Assembly (NCBI GenBank): GCA_963796955.1
Contig: CAWCNJ010000004.1
Coordinates: 352,001 to 416,000, forward strand
Length of the DNA: 64,000 bases
Source: Endomicrobiales bacterium
GTDB taxonomy: Bacteria; Elusimicrobiota; Endomicrobiia; Endomicrobiales; JALOBY01
Reading direction: 5' to 3'
A model generated the notes under the pieces. The model had not been told where the DNA came from and did no database searches. It worked only from the letters and a program-made list of their open reading frames with translations. The position numbers and the translations under genes were made by a program. Position 1 is the first letter of the stretch. Each line of letters begins with the position of its first letter. Below, one piece after another: positions 9,431 through 19,235 of this stretch.

Positions 9431-9835
9431 ATGACCTACGAAAGCACATTTATCTGTTCCCCTGAAGTGCCGGCTGAAAAGCTGGAAGAGATCGTCGAAA
9501 AAGCCAAAAAGATCGTAGAGACCAACGAAGGCAAACTTACGCTTCTCCAGCAGCTGGGAAAAAAGAAGCTGGCATACCCTATCGCCAAACACCGCGAGGG
9601 CAGCTACGTCTATATGGAGATCACCGGCCCGGGCAAGATCGTGAACGCCCTGGAGACTTTTTACAAGGTCAACGAAGCCGTTATTCGTTCCCTGACCATA
9701 AAAGTTGAGAAGAAAAAGAAAGTAGTTAAAGAAGTGAAACCGGAAGAAGTAAAGCCGGAAGCTGCCGCGGCTCCCGCCGTGGAAGCAAAACCAGAGGAGA
9801 AGGCCGATGTCAACACAGAATCTGCGGCTTCCTGA
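9431..9835 (+). CDS. rpsF: 30S ribosomal protein S6
   Basis: YESTFI, LGKKKLAYPI, VIRSL motifs; rpsF-ssb-rpsR-rplI order. Confidence 0.96.
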   Translation: MTYESTFICSPEVPAEKLEEIVEKAKKIVETNEGKLTLLQQLGKKKLAYPIAKHREGSYVYMEITGPGKIVNALETFYKVNEAVIRSLTIKVEKKKKVVKEVKPEEVKPEAAAAPAVEAKPEEKADVNTESAAS

Positions 9836-10268
9836 ACAGAACAGCATAACCCTTGTGGGACGCCTTACCCACGACCCTGAAGTGCGTTTTACGACAAAGG
9901 GACAGGCGGTCTGCCGTTTTTCCATAGCCGTTAACCGCCGCTACAAAGATCAGGCGGGTTCCTGGCAGGACGATACTTCTTTCGTTCCGGTAGTGGTCTG
10001 GGGCGATAGCGCCAACCGCTGCGGAGAACGCCTTAAAAAAGGTGGTCCGGTGCACGTGGAAGGACGTCTGCAAAGCCGCGCCTGGGAAACCAAGGAAGGC
10101 CAGAAACGCACGAGCCTGGAAGTCATCGCGCGCCGCGTGCAGTTCCTCTCCAAAACAGAGGGCACAGCGGATTCAGGCGCCGAAGCTTCAGAGGACGCGC
10201 CATCAGCGGCTCCTGCAGCGCCGGCAGCCTCAACCGACACAACCGACGAAGACGAAATACCGTTTTAA
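9807..10268 (+). CDS. ssb: Single-stranded DNA-binding protein
   Basis: LVGRLTHDPEVR, VEGRLQSR, acidic tail DEDEIPF. Confidence 0.97.
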   Translation: MSTQNLRLPEQNSITLVGRLTHDPEVRFTTKGQAVCRFSIAVNRRYKDQAGSWQDDTSFVPVVVWGDSANRCGERLKKGGPVHVEGRLQSRAWETKEGQKRTSLEVIARRVQFLSKTEGTADSGAEASEDAPSAAPAAPAASTDTTDEDEIPF

Positions 10269-10293
10269 CTAAAATCAATCAAGGAGATATAAT

Positions 10294-10632
10294 ATGACAC
10301 CAACTGGTCCTTCATCTCATTCTCGTCCTTCAAGCGGTCCCGGCGGACGTCGCCCGGGTCCCGGCGGAGCGCGCCCCGCGGGCGGCCCCGGCGGAGCAGG
10401 CAGGCCGCGCCGTCCCGGCGGTATGATGGCAAAACGCAAAGTTTGCCGTTTCTGCGCCGACAAGCTGGACATAGATTATAAGAACATAAATATGCTTCGC
10501 ACATTCATAACCGAACGCGGCAAGATAGTTTCAGGCCGTGTAACAGGCACCTGCGCGAAGCATCAGCGCGGACTTGGTGAAGCCATTAAACGGGCGCGCA
10601 TGCTTGCATTGCTGCCCTTCGCCGTAATATAA
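10294..10632 (+). CDS. rpsR: 30S ribosomal protein S18 with Gly/Pro/Arg-rich N-terminal extension
   Basis: [38 protein letters not shown] before ATG 10294. Confidence 0.95.
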   Translation: MTPTGPSSHSRPSSGPGGRRPGPGGARPAGGPGGAGRPRRPGGMMAKRKVCRFCADKLDIDYKNINMLRTFITERGKIVSGRVTGTCAKHQRGLGEAIKRARMLALLPFAVI

Positions 10633-10650
10633 TCGGAGGTTCTATATAAA

Positions 10651-11151
10651 ATGAAAGTTATTCTTCGTGGAGATATCAAAAGCGTAGGACGCCTTGGCGA
10701 AATTAAATCAGTAGCCGACGGCTTCGCGCGTAATTACCTGCTGCCCAGAGAGCTGGTCTGGGAAGCGACCCCCGGCAACATGAAACGCTGGGAAAAAGAA
10801 AAGTCTAAGTTCGAAAAAGAACAGGAAAAACAGCTGGCTGCCGCAAAGATCCTCGCGGAGCAGATCGAAAAGACCGCTATCACCTTGTCAGTTAACGTCG
10901 GTGAGAACGGCAAGCTTTTCGGCGCCGTGACCAGCCTTGACATAGTTAAGGCCTTCGCGGAAAAATCCGTAAAAGTATTGAAGCAGGATGTGGTAATGGA
11001 GCCTATCCGTGAAGTTGGCGCCTATACCGTGGAGATCCGCCTGCACCACGATATTACGGCCAAACCGAAGGTTTGGATAGTTTCCAAGAAAGACAAAAAT
11101 AAGCACGAAACGGCCGAGACGGAAGAAACCGAAGAAGCCGCCAAGGAATAG
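10651..11151 (+). CDS. rplI: 50S ribosomal protein L9
   Basis: MKVIL, VADGFARNYLLP, GKLFGAVT. Confidence 0.97.
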   Translation: MKVILRGDIKSVGRLGEIKSVADGFARNYLLPRELVWEATPGNMKRWEKEKSKFEKEQEKQLAAAKILAEQIEKTAITLSVNVGENGKLFGAVTSLDIVKAFAEKSVKVLKQDVVMEPIREVGAYTVEIRLHHDITAKPKVWIVSKKDKNKHETAETEETEEAAKE

Positions 11152-11162
11152 TAAGCTCTGAC

Positions 11163-11210
11163 AAAAGAAGGCAGTGGATATGCAGTTCCTGTGTAGCACT
11201 GCCTTCTTTT
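11163..11210 (+). terminator. Intrinsic (possibly bidirectional) terminator after rplI
   Basis: Perfect 14-bp inverted repeat AAAAGAAGGCAGTG / CACTGCCTTCTTTT with A/T tails. Confidence 0.8.
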
Positions 11211-11234
11211 ATATAGCCGCACCCCGGGATACTT

Positions 11235-12587
11235 ATGGCAGAACTTATTGATAAGATTCCACCCCGTTCGCTGGACGCGGAAATGGCCGTTCTCGGTTCT
11301 ATGCTTATCGAGAAAGAGGCCATCATAAAAGTTGTGGATCTTATAAAAGACACCGACTTTTATACCGACGCCCACCGTTATATATTTCGCGCCATACGCG
11401 ATATGTATATAAACAATGCTCCTGTTGATGCCATAACGATCTCTGATGAGATGAAAACGCGCCAGCTGCTGGAAGCCGTCGGCGGCGCCGCCTACCTTAC
11501 TTCCCTTATCCATTCCGTAGCTACCGCCGCCAACGTGGAACATTACGCCGGCATAGTCCGTGAAAAATCAATTTTGCGCCAGCTGATAATTACCGGCACC
11601 GATATGGTGACCGCTGCCTATAACGAGAAGAATTCCCCCGAAGAGATACTGGATAAATCCGAGGCGATGCTGTATAACGTTTCGGAGCGCAATGCCTCAA
11701 AAGGCTTTTCTTCAGTGCCGGATATGATACATTCGACATTGGAATTTATCGAGAAAGTCCATAAAGACAGAAAAGATATACCGGGCCTGCGCACCCATTT
11801 CGACGATCTTGATAATATGCTGGCAGGGCTTCAGCCGTCAGAACTTATCATTCTCGCCGCCCGCCCGTCAATGGGCAAAACATCTCTCGCGCTGAACATG
11901 GTGGAGAATGTCGCGCTGTATGAGAAAAAGCCGGTCGCCGTTTTTTCCCTTGAAATGTCAAAAGAAGCCTTAATGATGCGCCTGCTGTGCTCTACGGCAA
12001 AAGTTGATCTGCAAAAAGCCCGCCGCGGCTACATCGCCAATGTCTGGTCAGACCTTACCACGGCCGCGGGAAAACTCTCGGAAGCGCCGATATATATTGA
12101 CGACAGCTCAAGCCTGAGCGTGCTGGAACTGCGCGCCCGGGCCCGCCGTCTTGCCATGGAACTTAAAACCCAGGGCAAAGAACTTTCCATGATCATGATA
12201 GACTATATCCAACTGATGCGCGGCAGCGGTAATTCGGAATCGCGCCAGCAGGAAATATCTGAAATTTCCCGTTCCCTTAAAGGCCTCGCCAGGGACCTGA
12301 ACGTTCCCGTGGTCGCCCTTTCGCAGCTGTCGCGTAAAACCGAAGAGAAAGGCCGCGAAGGAAAACCAAAACTTTCCGACCTGCGCGAATCCGGCGCCAT
12401 CGAACAGGACGCCGACGTCGTTATGTTCATTTTCCGCGAAGGCTATTATAAACCCGAAGATCCGGACCTCGCCAAACTCGCGACTATCATCGTCGCCAAA
12501 CAACGTAACGGCCCGACGGGAGATGTGAATGTGGCCTTCCTGAGGGAATTCACCCGATTCGAGAACCTGGAGCGCCGCCCGACCTAG
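11235..12587 (+). CDS. dnaB: Replicative DNA helicase
   Basis: AEMAVLG, AARPSMGKT, IDYIQL, SDLRESGAIEQDAD, AKQRNGPTG. No intein. Confidence 0.97.
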   Translation: MAELIDKIPPRSLDAEMAVLGSMLIEKEAIIKVVDLIKDTDFYTDAHRYIFRAIRDMYINNAPVDAITISDEMKTRQLLEAVGGAAYLTSLIHSVATAANVEHYAGIVREKSILRQLIITGTDMVTAAYNEKNSPEEILDKSEAMLYNVSERNASKGFSSVPDMIHSTLEFIEKVHKDRKDIPGLRTHFDDLDNMLAGLQPSELIILAARPSMGKTSLALNMVENVALYEKKPVAVFSLEMSKEALMMRLLCSTAKVDLQKARRGYIANVWSDLTTAAGKLSEAPIYIDDSSSLSVLELRARARRLAMELKTQGKELSMIMIDYIQLMRGSGNSESRQQEISEISRSLKGLARDLNVPVVALSQLSRKTEEKGREGKPKLSDLRESGAIEQDADVVMFIFREGYYKPEDPDLAKLATIIVAKQRNGPTGDVNVAFLREFTRFENLERRPT

Positions 12588-12602
12588 TATGGGGAAAATC
12601 AT

Positions 12603-13787
12603 ATGAAAAAAGCTGTGCCTGCCATGAATGAAGGGCGCATATCGTCTTGGAAGTGCCGCTGTGACGAGACGGCTTTTTATCGCCCGACATGGGCGGAGAT
12701 CAACACTACCGCTTTCAATCATAACCTTTCTTTTATTAAATCCCGGCTGCATTCAAAAACTAAAATTCTTGCCGTTGTAAAAGCCAACGCCTACGGGCAC
12801 ATGGTGGTGCCGATAGCGCGCCTGGCCGAGAAGGCCGGTGTGGCTATGCTCGGCGTTGCCTCCATCGAAGAAGGTATTTATCTGCGCGAGCACGGCATTA
12901 AGATGCCGATACTGATACTGGGCAGCATTTACCCGCTGGATAATCTGGCGGTAGTGGTGAAACATAACCTTATTCCGTCTATCTCCAGCGCGCAGGGTGT
13001 TATAGAGCTTATGCGGCTTGGTTCCCGTCTTAAAAAAACTCTGCAGTTCCATCTCAAAGTTGATACCGGCATGGGACGCATCGGCATTTTGCCGCAATCG
13101 GCGCTGACCCTGCTTAAAAAGATCGCCGGACGCAGGGAAATTTCCATGTCGGGAATGTATACTCATTTTTCCGAGGCCGACTCTGATCCTGCATATACAC
13201 GCCTACAGTTCTCCAAATTTATGGAAGTGGTAAAAACAGCGCGCAAACTGGGAATAAATTTTACGGCCCACTGCGCCAACTCTGCGGCGCTGCTTAAATA
13301 TCCGGAGATGCAGCTGGATATGGTACGCCCCGGCATAGCGCTTTACGGCCTTTCGCCCTGGCAGAAAATAGATAAAAAGATTGATCTTAGCCCCGTGCTC
13401 ACATGGAAATCGGCGGTAGTTTACCTGAAAAATGTGAATAAGGGAACTCCCATTAGCTACGGCCGCACTTTTACCGCGAGAAAGCCGATGACAGTGGCGA
13501 CCCTGCCCGTCGGCTACGCGGACGGTTATCCGCGTTCGTTGTCCAATAGGTCCGAAGTGCTGATCAGGGGGCGCAAGTGCCGCGTGCTCGGCCGCGTGAC
13601 CATGGATATGATGATAGTGGATGTTACGCGCGTTCCAAACCCCGCCATAGGCGATGAAGTCGTTCTGGTCGGCACGCAGGGCAAGGAACGCATACGCGTA
13701 GAAGACCTTGCCGCAATCGCCGGTACCATAAGCTATGAAATAACGTGCGGTATAAGCCACCGCGTGCCAAGGATCGAGACAAAATGA
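12603..13787 (+). CDS. alr: Alanine racemase
   Basis: AVVKANAYGH, KVDTGMGRIG, PVGYADG, GRVTMD, TISYEI. Confidence 0.96.
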   Translation: MKKAVPAMNEGRISSWKCRCDETAFYRPTWAEINTTAFNHNLSFIKSRLHSKTKILAVVKANAYGHMVVPIARLAEKAGVAMLGVASIEEGIYLREHGIKMPILILGSIYPLDNLAVVVKHNLIPSISSAQGVIELMRLGSRLKKTLQFHLKVDTGMGRIGILPQSALTLLKKIAGRREISMSGMYTHFSEADSDPAYTRLQFSKFMEVVKTARKLGINFTAHCANSAALLKYPEMQLDMVRPGIALYGLSPWQKIDKKIDLSPVLTWKSAVVYLKNVNKGTPISYGRTFTARKPMTVATLPVGYADGYPRSLSNRSEVLIRGRKCRVLGRVTMDMMIVDVTRVPNPAIGDEVVLVGTQGKERIRVEDLAAIAGTISYEITCGISHRVPRIETK

Positions 13788-14578
13788 TCCTGAGTTCCTT
13801 AGAGTTCATAGGAAAAAAATCGTCCGATATTGCGACCAGCGTGGGAAAGTTCACGACGCTGGTGACAGAAACTTTCTACTGGGTTTTGCGCGGCAGGATA
13901 AATGTAAGGAACACGGTCATCCAGATGGTGAAGGTGGGCTGGGATTCCATGCCGGTGATCTGCCTGACCTCTTTTTTTACGGGCATGGTGCTGGCACTGC
14001 AGGCCGGTTCCTCTACCAGAAATGTTTTCAACGAGCCGGTGTATGTCGGTACGCTGGTAGGTTTTTCTCTGGTCAAGGAACTGGGTCCGGTTATGACGGC
14101 AATAGTACTTTCCGGCAGAATGGGCGCTGCTATCGCCGCCGAGCTTGGCACTATGAAGGTAACCGAGCAATTGGACGCTTTAAGGACCCTCGGCACGAAC
14201 CCGGTTAAATATCTTGCGGTGCCCAGATTTCTGGCTTTTATCACGATGATGCCGTTACTTGGCGTGCTCTCAAATGTGGTCGGCATCGCGGGCGGTATGC
14301 TGGTGGCTTCTTCAGTCTTGAACGTGCCCACAACGGTCTTCTGGGAAGATATTATAACGTTCATGGACACCGGTGACTTTTTTCACGGCTTTATTAAAAC
14401 GGTCGTCTATGCCGCGATAATCGTTTTTATTTCCTGCTACAAGGGGTTTGAGTGCGAGGGCGGTGCCGAGGGTGTCGGGAAGGCTACAACCGATGCCGTG
14501 ATGGTTTCTATGATACTGATACTGGTATCGGATTACTTCCTGACGGCAACGCTACGGGGCATTGGTATCGGCGGATGA
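13784..14578 (+). CDS. mlaE: MlaE-family ABC permease
   Basis: KELGPV, AAELGTMKVTEQLDAL, GGAEGVGKATT. ATG 13784 overlaps the alr stop. Confidence 0.93.
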   Translation: MILSSLEFIGKKSSDIATSVGKFTTLVTETFYWVLRGRINVRNTVIQMVKVGWDSMPVICLTSFFTGMVLALQAGSSTRNVFNEPVYVGTLVGFSLVKELGPVMTAIVLSGRMGAAIAAELGTMKVTEQLDALRTLGTNPVKYLAVPRFLAFITMMPLLGVLSNVVGIAGGMLVASSVLNVPTTVFWEDIITFMDTGDFFHGFIKTVVYAAIIVFISCYKGFECEGGAEGVGKATTDAVMVSMILILVSDYFLTATLRGIGIGG

Positions 14579-15339
14579 TAAGTATCGTAGATCTCCATAA
14601 GAGTTTCGGTGATAACCATGTGCTGAGAGGCACCAACCTGGAGATCCAGGACGGCGAAACGGTCGCTATTATCGGTGGTTCCGGTACCGGCAAAAGCATA
14701 TTGCTGAAAAACATCATCGGCCTGGTGAAACCCGATTCCGGGCAGGTTTGCATAGACGGCAATGAAGTGACGTGTATGGACGACCGTGAATTATTATCCG
14801 TACAGAAGAACATCGGCTATTTGTTCCAGGACGCAGCGTTGTTCGATTCCCTTACTATCGAAGAGAATGTCGCCTTTGGCCTGCGTACCGTTGATAAAAT
14901 GAAAGATGAGAGAAAGATACGCGACCGGGTGAATGACTGTCTGGCGATGGTGGGTTTGAAAGGCGTCAATAAGCAGCTGCCGGGCGAACTTTCAGGCGGC
15001 ATGCGGAAACGCGCCGGCCTTGCCCGCGCGATAGCCTACAAGCCTAAATATCTTTTGTACGATGAGCCGACGACCGGCCTTGATCCCATTATGTCGGACG
15101 TGATCAACGACTTGATCTTGCGGATGCAAAAGCAGATAAATGTTACATCGATAGTCGTATCCCATGATATGAAGTCCGCCTACAAAATATCGAACCGCAT
15201 AGCAATGTTGTACAAAGGCACCATTATCGAGATCGGTACACCCGATGAGATAAAGCATTCGAAAAATCCGGTCGTCCATCAATTTGTGGAAGGGTTAAGC
15301 GAAGGACCCATTACCTTAGATCTTGAAAAGAGCAATTAG
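14575..15339 (+). CDS. mlaF: MlaF-family ABC ATPase
   Basis: GGSGTGKS, LSGGMRKR, LLYDEPTTGLDP. ATG 14575 overlaps the mlaE stop. Confidence 0.93.
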   Translation: MISIVDLHKSFGDNHVLRGTNLEIQDGETVAIIGGSGTGKSILLKNIIGLVKPDSGQVCIDGNEVTCMDDRELLSVQKNIGYLFQDAALFDSLTIEENVAFGLRTVDKMKDERKIRDRVNDCLAMVGLKGVNKQLPGELSGGMRKRAGLARAIAYKPKYLLYDEPTTGLDPIMSDVINDLILRMQKQINVTSIVVSHDMKSAYKISNRIAMLYKGTIIEIGTPDEIKHSKNPVVHQFVEGLSEGPITLDLEKSN

Positions 15340-15351
15340 GAGACCGTATCT

Positions 15352-16677
15352 ATGAACCGTGAAACGAAACTGGGGATGTTCGTGCTGATGGGACTGGCGC
15401 TGCTGGTTGCCAGTATCATGCTGCTGGGCGACTTTCATATACGGCGTTCATACGAGATCTCCGTGAGCTTTAATGACGTTTCAGGGTTGCCGGATAAAGC
15501 AAAAGTGAAAATAGCCGGTGTGGTCGTCGGATCGGTCAGAAAGATAGTTTTGCAGGGTGATAAAGCGATCGCATACGTGAGGATAAACGCCGGGGTGCGC
15601 GTTCACAGGGACACAAAACCCTGCATTGTTTCAACCGGTATTATCGGCTCAAAATATTTGCAGTTGACGGCCGGAACCGACCAGGCACCTTTGCTTGAAG
15701 AAGGTGACGCTATATCCGGCGAAGAATGCGTTTCTCTTGAGCAGATGGCCTCAAATCTGGTTAAAAAAGTTGATGAGTTATTTTCTTCTTTCAAAGGTAA
15801 AGAGGGGCAGGGCAGCCTGGGCGAGAATCTTGGCGACACGGTTGCCAACCTTAAGGCTGTTTCGAGAACGCTTAAAGTTGCCATCGGCGACCAGGAAGAA
15901 AAGATCCGCAGGATAGTGAACAATATCGACGACTTCACCGCTGATGTCGCGGAGATGACCGCAGAGAATAAGCAGGATATCCGTGATGCCGTCGCCAACA
16001 TTAAAGAGCTGAGCGCCAAGATGGACCGCGTGATGACGAAGGTGGATAAAGGGGAGGGCACGATCGGCAAGCTGCTATCCGACGAAAAAATGGGTAACGA
16101 CCTGAAAGACACCTTTGCTGACGTGAAAGAGACCGCGAAAGAGGCCAAACGCGTGCTGAAACGCATCAATTATATAGAGACCAGCTGGGACTATACCCAG
16201 CGCTATGACAGCACATACAGCACTTTTCGTTCTGACGCAGGGCTTCTTATCAATCCCCGTCCTGACAAATTTTATTATGTAGGCGCCTCGAATGTTGGTG
16301 ACAGTACGAATTCGACGGACATAGAAAAGATGAATACGATCAACTTTTTAATAGGAAAAAATCTGGGACCGGTAACGGCCTACGCCGGGGTGATCCGTTC
16401 CAAAGGCGGCCTTGGCGTGGTGATCCGCCCACTATGGCATTGGGAGCCGTGGCGCAAACTTGAAATTACAGGTCAGTCGTATGATTTCTCAAGGACCACC
16501 CCGAACAAGCCTGTCGTTACCGCTGGCGCGCGGGTGCAGTTGACCAGGTGGGTCGCTATCGGTTCACAGGTAGAAGATATGAGCAACCGGGCGAATGTGA
16601 ACAGCTATATAAACTTTACCGTCCGCGACGACGACCTTGGGTATGTTCTCGGCCTAGTAGGCCTTGCCAGGCCGTAG
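15352..16677 (+). CDS. mlaD: MCE/MlaD-family protein with helical linker and C-terminal beta-rich domain
   Basis: N-terminal TM helix, MCE motif SGL...VKIAGVVVG.V...GIIGSKY, long helical region, GEGTIGKLL, amphipathic beta strands at the C-terminus. Confidence 0.88.
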   Translation: MNRETKLGMFVLMGLALLVASIMLLGDFHIRRSYEISVSFNDVSGLPDKAKVKIAGVVVGSVRKIVLQGDKAIAYVRINAGVRVHRDTKPCIVSTGIIGSKYLQLTAGTDQAPLLEEGDAISGEECVSLEQMASNLVKKVDELFSSFKGKEGQGSLGENLGDTVANLKAVSRTLKVAIGDQEEKIRRIVNNIDDFTADVAEMTAENKQDIRDAVANIKELSAKMDRVMTKVDKGEGTIGKLLSDEKMGNDLKDTFADVKETAKEAKRVLKRINYIETSWDYTQRYDSTYSTFRSDAGLLINPRPDKFYYVGASNVGDSTNSTDIEKMNTINFLIGKNLGPVTAYAGVIRSKGGLGVVIRPLWHWEPWRKLEITGQSYDFSRTTPNKPVVTAGARVQLTRWVAIGSQVEDMSNRANVNSYINFTVRDDDLGYVLGLVGLARP

Positions 16678-16691
16678 CGTCCCAGGAAATC

Positions 16692-18055
16692 ATGAAACAA
16701 AAAAATAAAACGATATTCAGGTGTCAGGAATGCGGCTATGAGTCATCAAAATGGCTCGGCAAGTGCACTGATTGCGGTAAATGGAATACTTTTATAGAAG
16801 AAAAGCAGGAGACCGTCGCAGGCATACGCCATAGTTCTCACCTTACTGATTTCACTTCTGAAGTGACGCTGCTAAACGATGTCTCCACAGCCCAGTGCGA
16901 CCGCTGGCAGACGGATATCGGTGAGTTTGACCGCATAGTCGGCGGGGGTCTGGTACCGGGCTCCCTGGTGCTGCTGGGCGGTCCTCCGGGTATCGGTAAA
17001 TCCACGCTCATGCTGCATATCAGCGCGGCCCTGGCGCCGCAGCACAGCGTGCTCTATGTTTCCGGCGAGGAATCCCTTGCGCAGGTAAAGGCGCGCGCCG
17101 ACCGGCTGAACATTAAAAGCGATAATCTGTACCTGCTTTCTGAAACAAATCTTGAAAGCATTCTTACCGCGATAGATAAGATAAAACCTTCCGTCCTGGT
17201 GATAGATTCCATCCAAACGACGTATCGCGGCGATATGGTGGGCGCCCCGGCGCCGTCGGGCAGGTGCGCGAGTGCTCTGCCGAATTCTTACGCATCGCGA
17301 AATCCCGGCATATCTGCATTTTCCTTCTCGGCCATGTCACTAAAGAAGGTGACCTTGCCGGGCCCCGCATTCTTGAACATATCGTTGATACCGTGCTGTA
17401 TTTTGAGGCCGAGCGGCAGCAGATCTACCGGGTGTTGCGTGTGTACAAGAACCGCTTCGGCGCGACGAACGAGATAGGGGTTTTTGAAATGCGGGAACAG
17501 GGTCTGATAGAAGTCCCTAACCCTTCGCTCATATTCCTCGGCGAGCGTTCCATGAACGCGCCCGGCAGCGTGGTAGTGCCGACCGTTGAAGGCACACGGC
17601 CGCTATTGCTTGAGATACAGTCTCTGGTCAGCCGCACCAGCTTTGGCCTGCCGCGGCGCATGGTGACGGGGTATGATGCCAACCGTGTGATGCTGCTGAT
17701 CGCCGTCCTTGAAAAACGTGTCGGCCTGCATTTGGAGACACAGGATGTTTTTGTCAATGTCGTCAGCGGTATTAAAATAAAAGAGACAGCCGTTGATCTG
17801 GGCATAGCCTGCGCGATAGCTTCGGCGAACGGCAATTACGTCTGCCCGCCGAAAACACTTATTATCGGAGAAGTGGGTCTGGCGGGTGAAGTGCGTTCGG
17901 TAAGCCGCATAGAGGAACGCCTGACTGAAGGGGAAAAACTGGGTTTTGAAAAAGCGATCGTGCCGAACAGCAATGTAAAGTCATATAATTACAAAGGCAG
18001 TATGCAGGTGGCGGGTGTTGACACCGTAAGCGCCGCCATTGAACATCTGCGATAG
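16692..18055 (+). CDS. radA: DNA repair protein RadA/Sms (apparent 1-bp frameshift near 17245-17250)
   Basis: CQECG/CTDC Zn finger, GGPPGIGKS and VIDSIQT in one frame; GHVTKEG, KNRFG and GEVGLAGEVR in the next. One extra C restores GAPGAVGQVREC. Confidence 0.93.
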
Positions 18056-18064
18056 GGGTTATCT

Positions 18065-19225
18065 ATGATCCGTTTTGTCACAGCCGGTGAATCTCACGGA
18101 AAACAATTGACCGTCATCATTGAGGGGATCCCCGCCGGACTTTCGTTTACCGCCGCAGATATCGATACAGACCTTGCCCGTCGCCAGAAGGGTTTCGGCA
18201 GGGGCGCGCGCATGAAGATAGAGAATGACACCGTGGAATTTGTCGCCGGGGTTCGCGATCAGGAAACCACGGGCGCGCCGGTTTGTATGATCGTGAAGAA
18301 CCTTGATTGGGCAAATTGGGAAAAACTTATGTCACCGGCGTCCGCCGCTATAGCGCCCGGGGACATTCAGACAAAACCGCGCCCCGGTCATGCCGATCTG
18401 CCGGGTGTATTGAAATACGACCGCGAGGATATCCGTGATATTCTGGAACGTTCTTCCGCGAGGGAAACCGCCATGCGTGTGGCGGCAGGCGCGTTGTGTA
18501 AAAAATTCCTTGCCTCGTTCGGTGTTGTCATCGGCTCCTTTGTTACGGAAATAGGCGGCATTAAGGCGGAACATTCAACCGTGTCCCTTGAGGATGCCAT
18601 CAATACGGCAGAGAATTCCGAGGTGCGCGCGCCGGTTGCGGCGGCGGGCGAAAAAATGAAGGCAGCCATTACCAAAGCCGCTCAGGAGGGTGACACTCTT
18701 GGCGGCGTTTTCACGGTGGCGGCTCGCGGGGTAGTGCCGGGTCTGGGAAGCCACGTCCAGTGGGATAAAAAGCTTGACGCCCTGATCGCTTATGCTATGA
18801 TGTCTATACAGGCGGTAAAGGGTGTTGAAATAGGCGCCGGGTTCGGCTCCGCTGCCCTGCCCGGATCAAAAGTGCATGATGAGATATATTTTCATGAAAA
18901 AATAGGTTTCCACAGAAAGACGAACAACGCCGGCGGGATAGAAGGCGGAATTTCAAATGGCGCAACTGTAGTTGTGTCTTGCGCCATGAAGCCGATACCG
19001 TCACTTAAAAAACCTTTGAGCTCCGTTGACATTCACACAAAAGCGGTGGTAAAAGCTGAGGCCGTTAGATCTGATGTTTGCGCTGTCCCGGCAGCCGCCG
19101 TGGTTGGAGAGGCCGCACTCGCGATCGCCCTGGCCGCTGCTTACCGCGAGAAATTCGGCGGCGATTCCATGAAAGAAATACTGCGTAATTATCAAAATTA
19201 TCGTCAGCAGATAGCGGCATATTAA
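18065..19225 (+). CDS. aroC: Chorismate synthase
   Basis: TAGESHG, RPGHAD, ERSSARETA, NNAGGIEGGISNG, RSDVC. Confidence 0.97.
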   Translation: MIRFVTAGESHGKQLTVIIEGIPAGLSFTAADIDTDLARRQKGFGRGARMKIENDTVEFVAGVRDQETTGAPVCMIVKNLDWANWEKLMSPASAAIAPGDIQTKPRPGHADLPGVLKYDREDIRDILERSSARETAMRVAAGALCKKFLASFGVVIGSFVTEIGGIKAEHSTVSLEDAINTAENSEVRAPVAAAGEKMKAAITKAAQEGDTLGGVFTVAARGVVPGLGSHVQWDKKLDALIAYAMMSIQAVKGVEIGAGFGSAALPGSKVHDEIYFHEKIGFHRKTNNAGGIEGGISNGATVVVSCAMKPIPSLKKPLSSVDIHTKAVVKAEAVRSDVCAVPAAAVVGEAALAIALAAAYREKFGGDSMKEILRNYQNYRQQIAAY

Positions 19226-19235
19226 CGGAGGGGCT

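Noticed and set aside
16548..17477. radA, ilvB and bioF as true pseudogenes
   Set aside because: Each has only one homopolymer indel with intact catalytic motifs; the pattern fits sequencing error.
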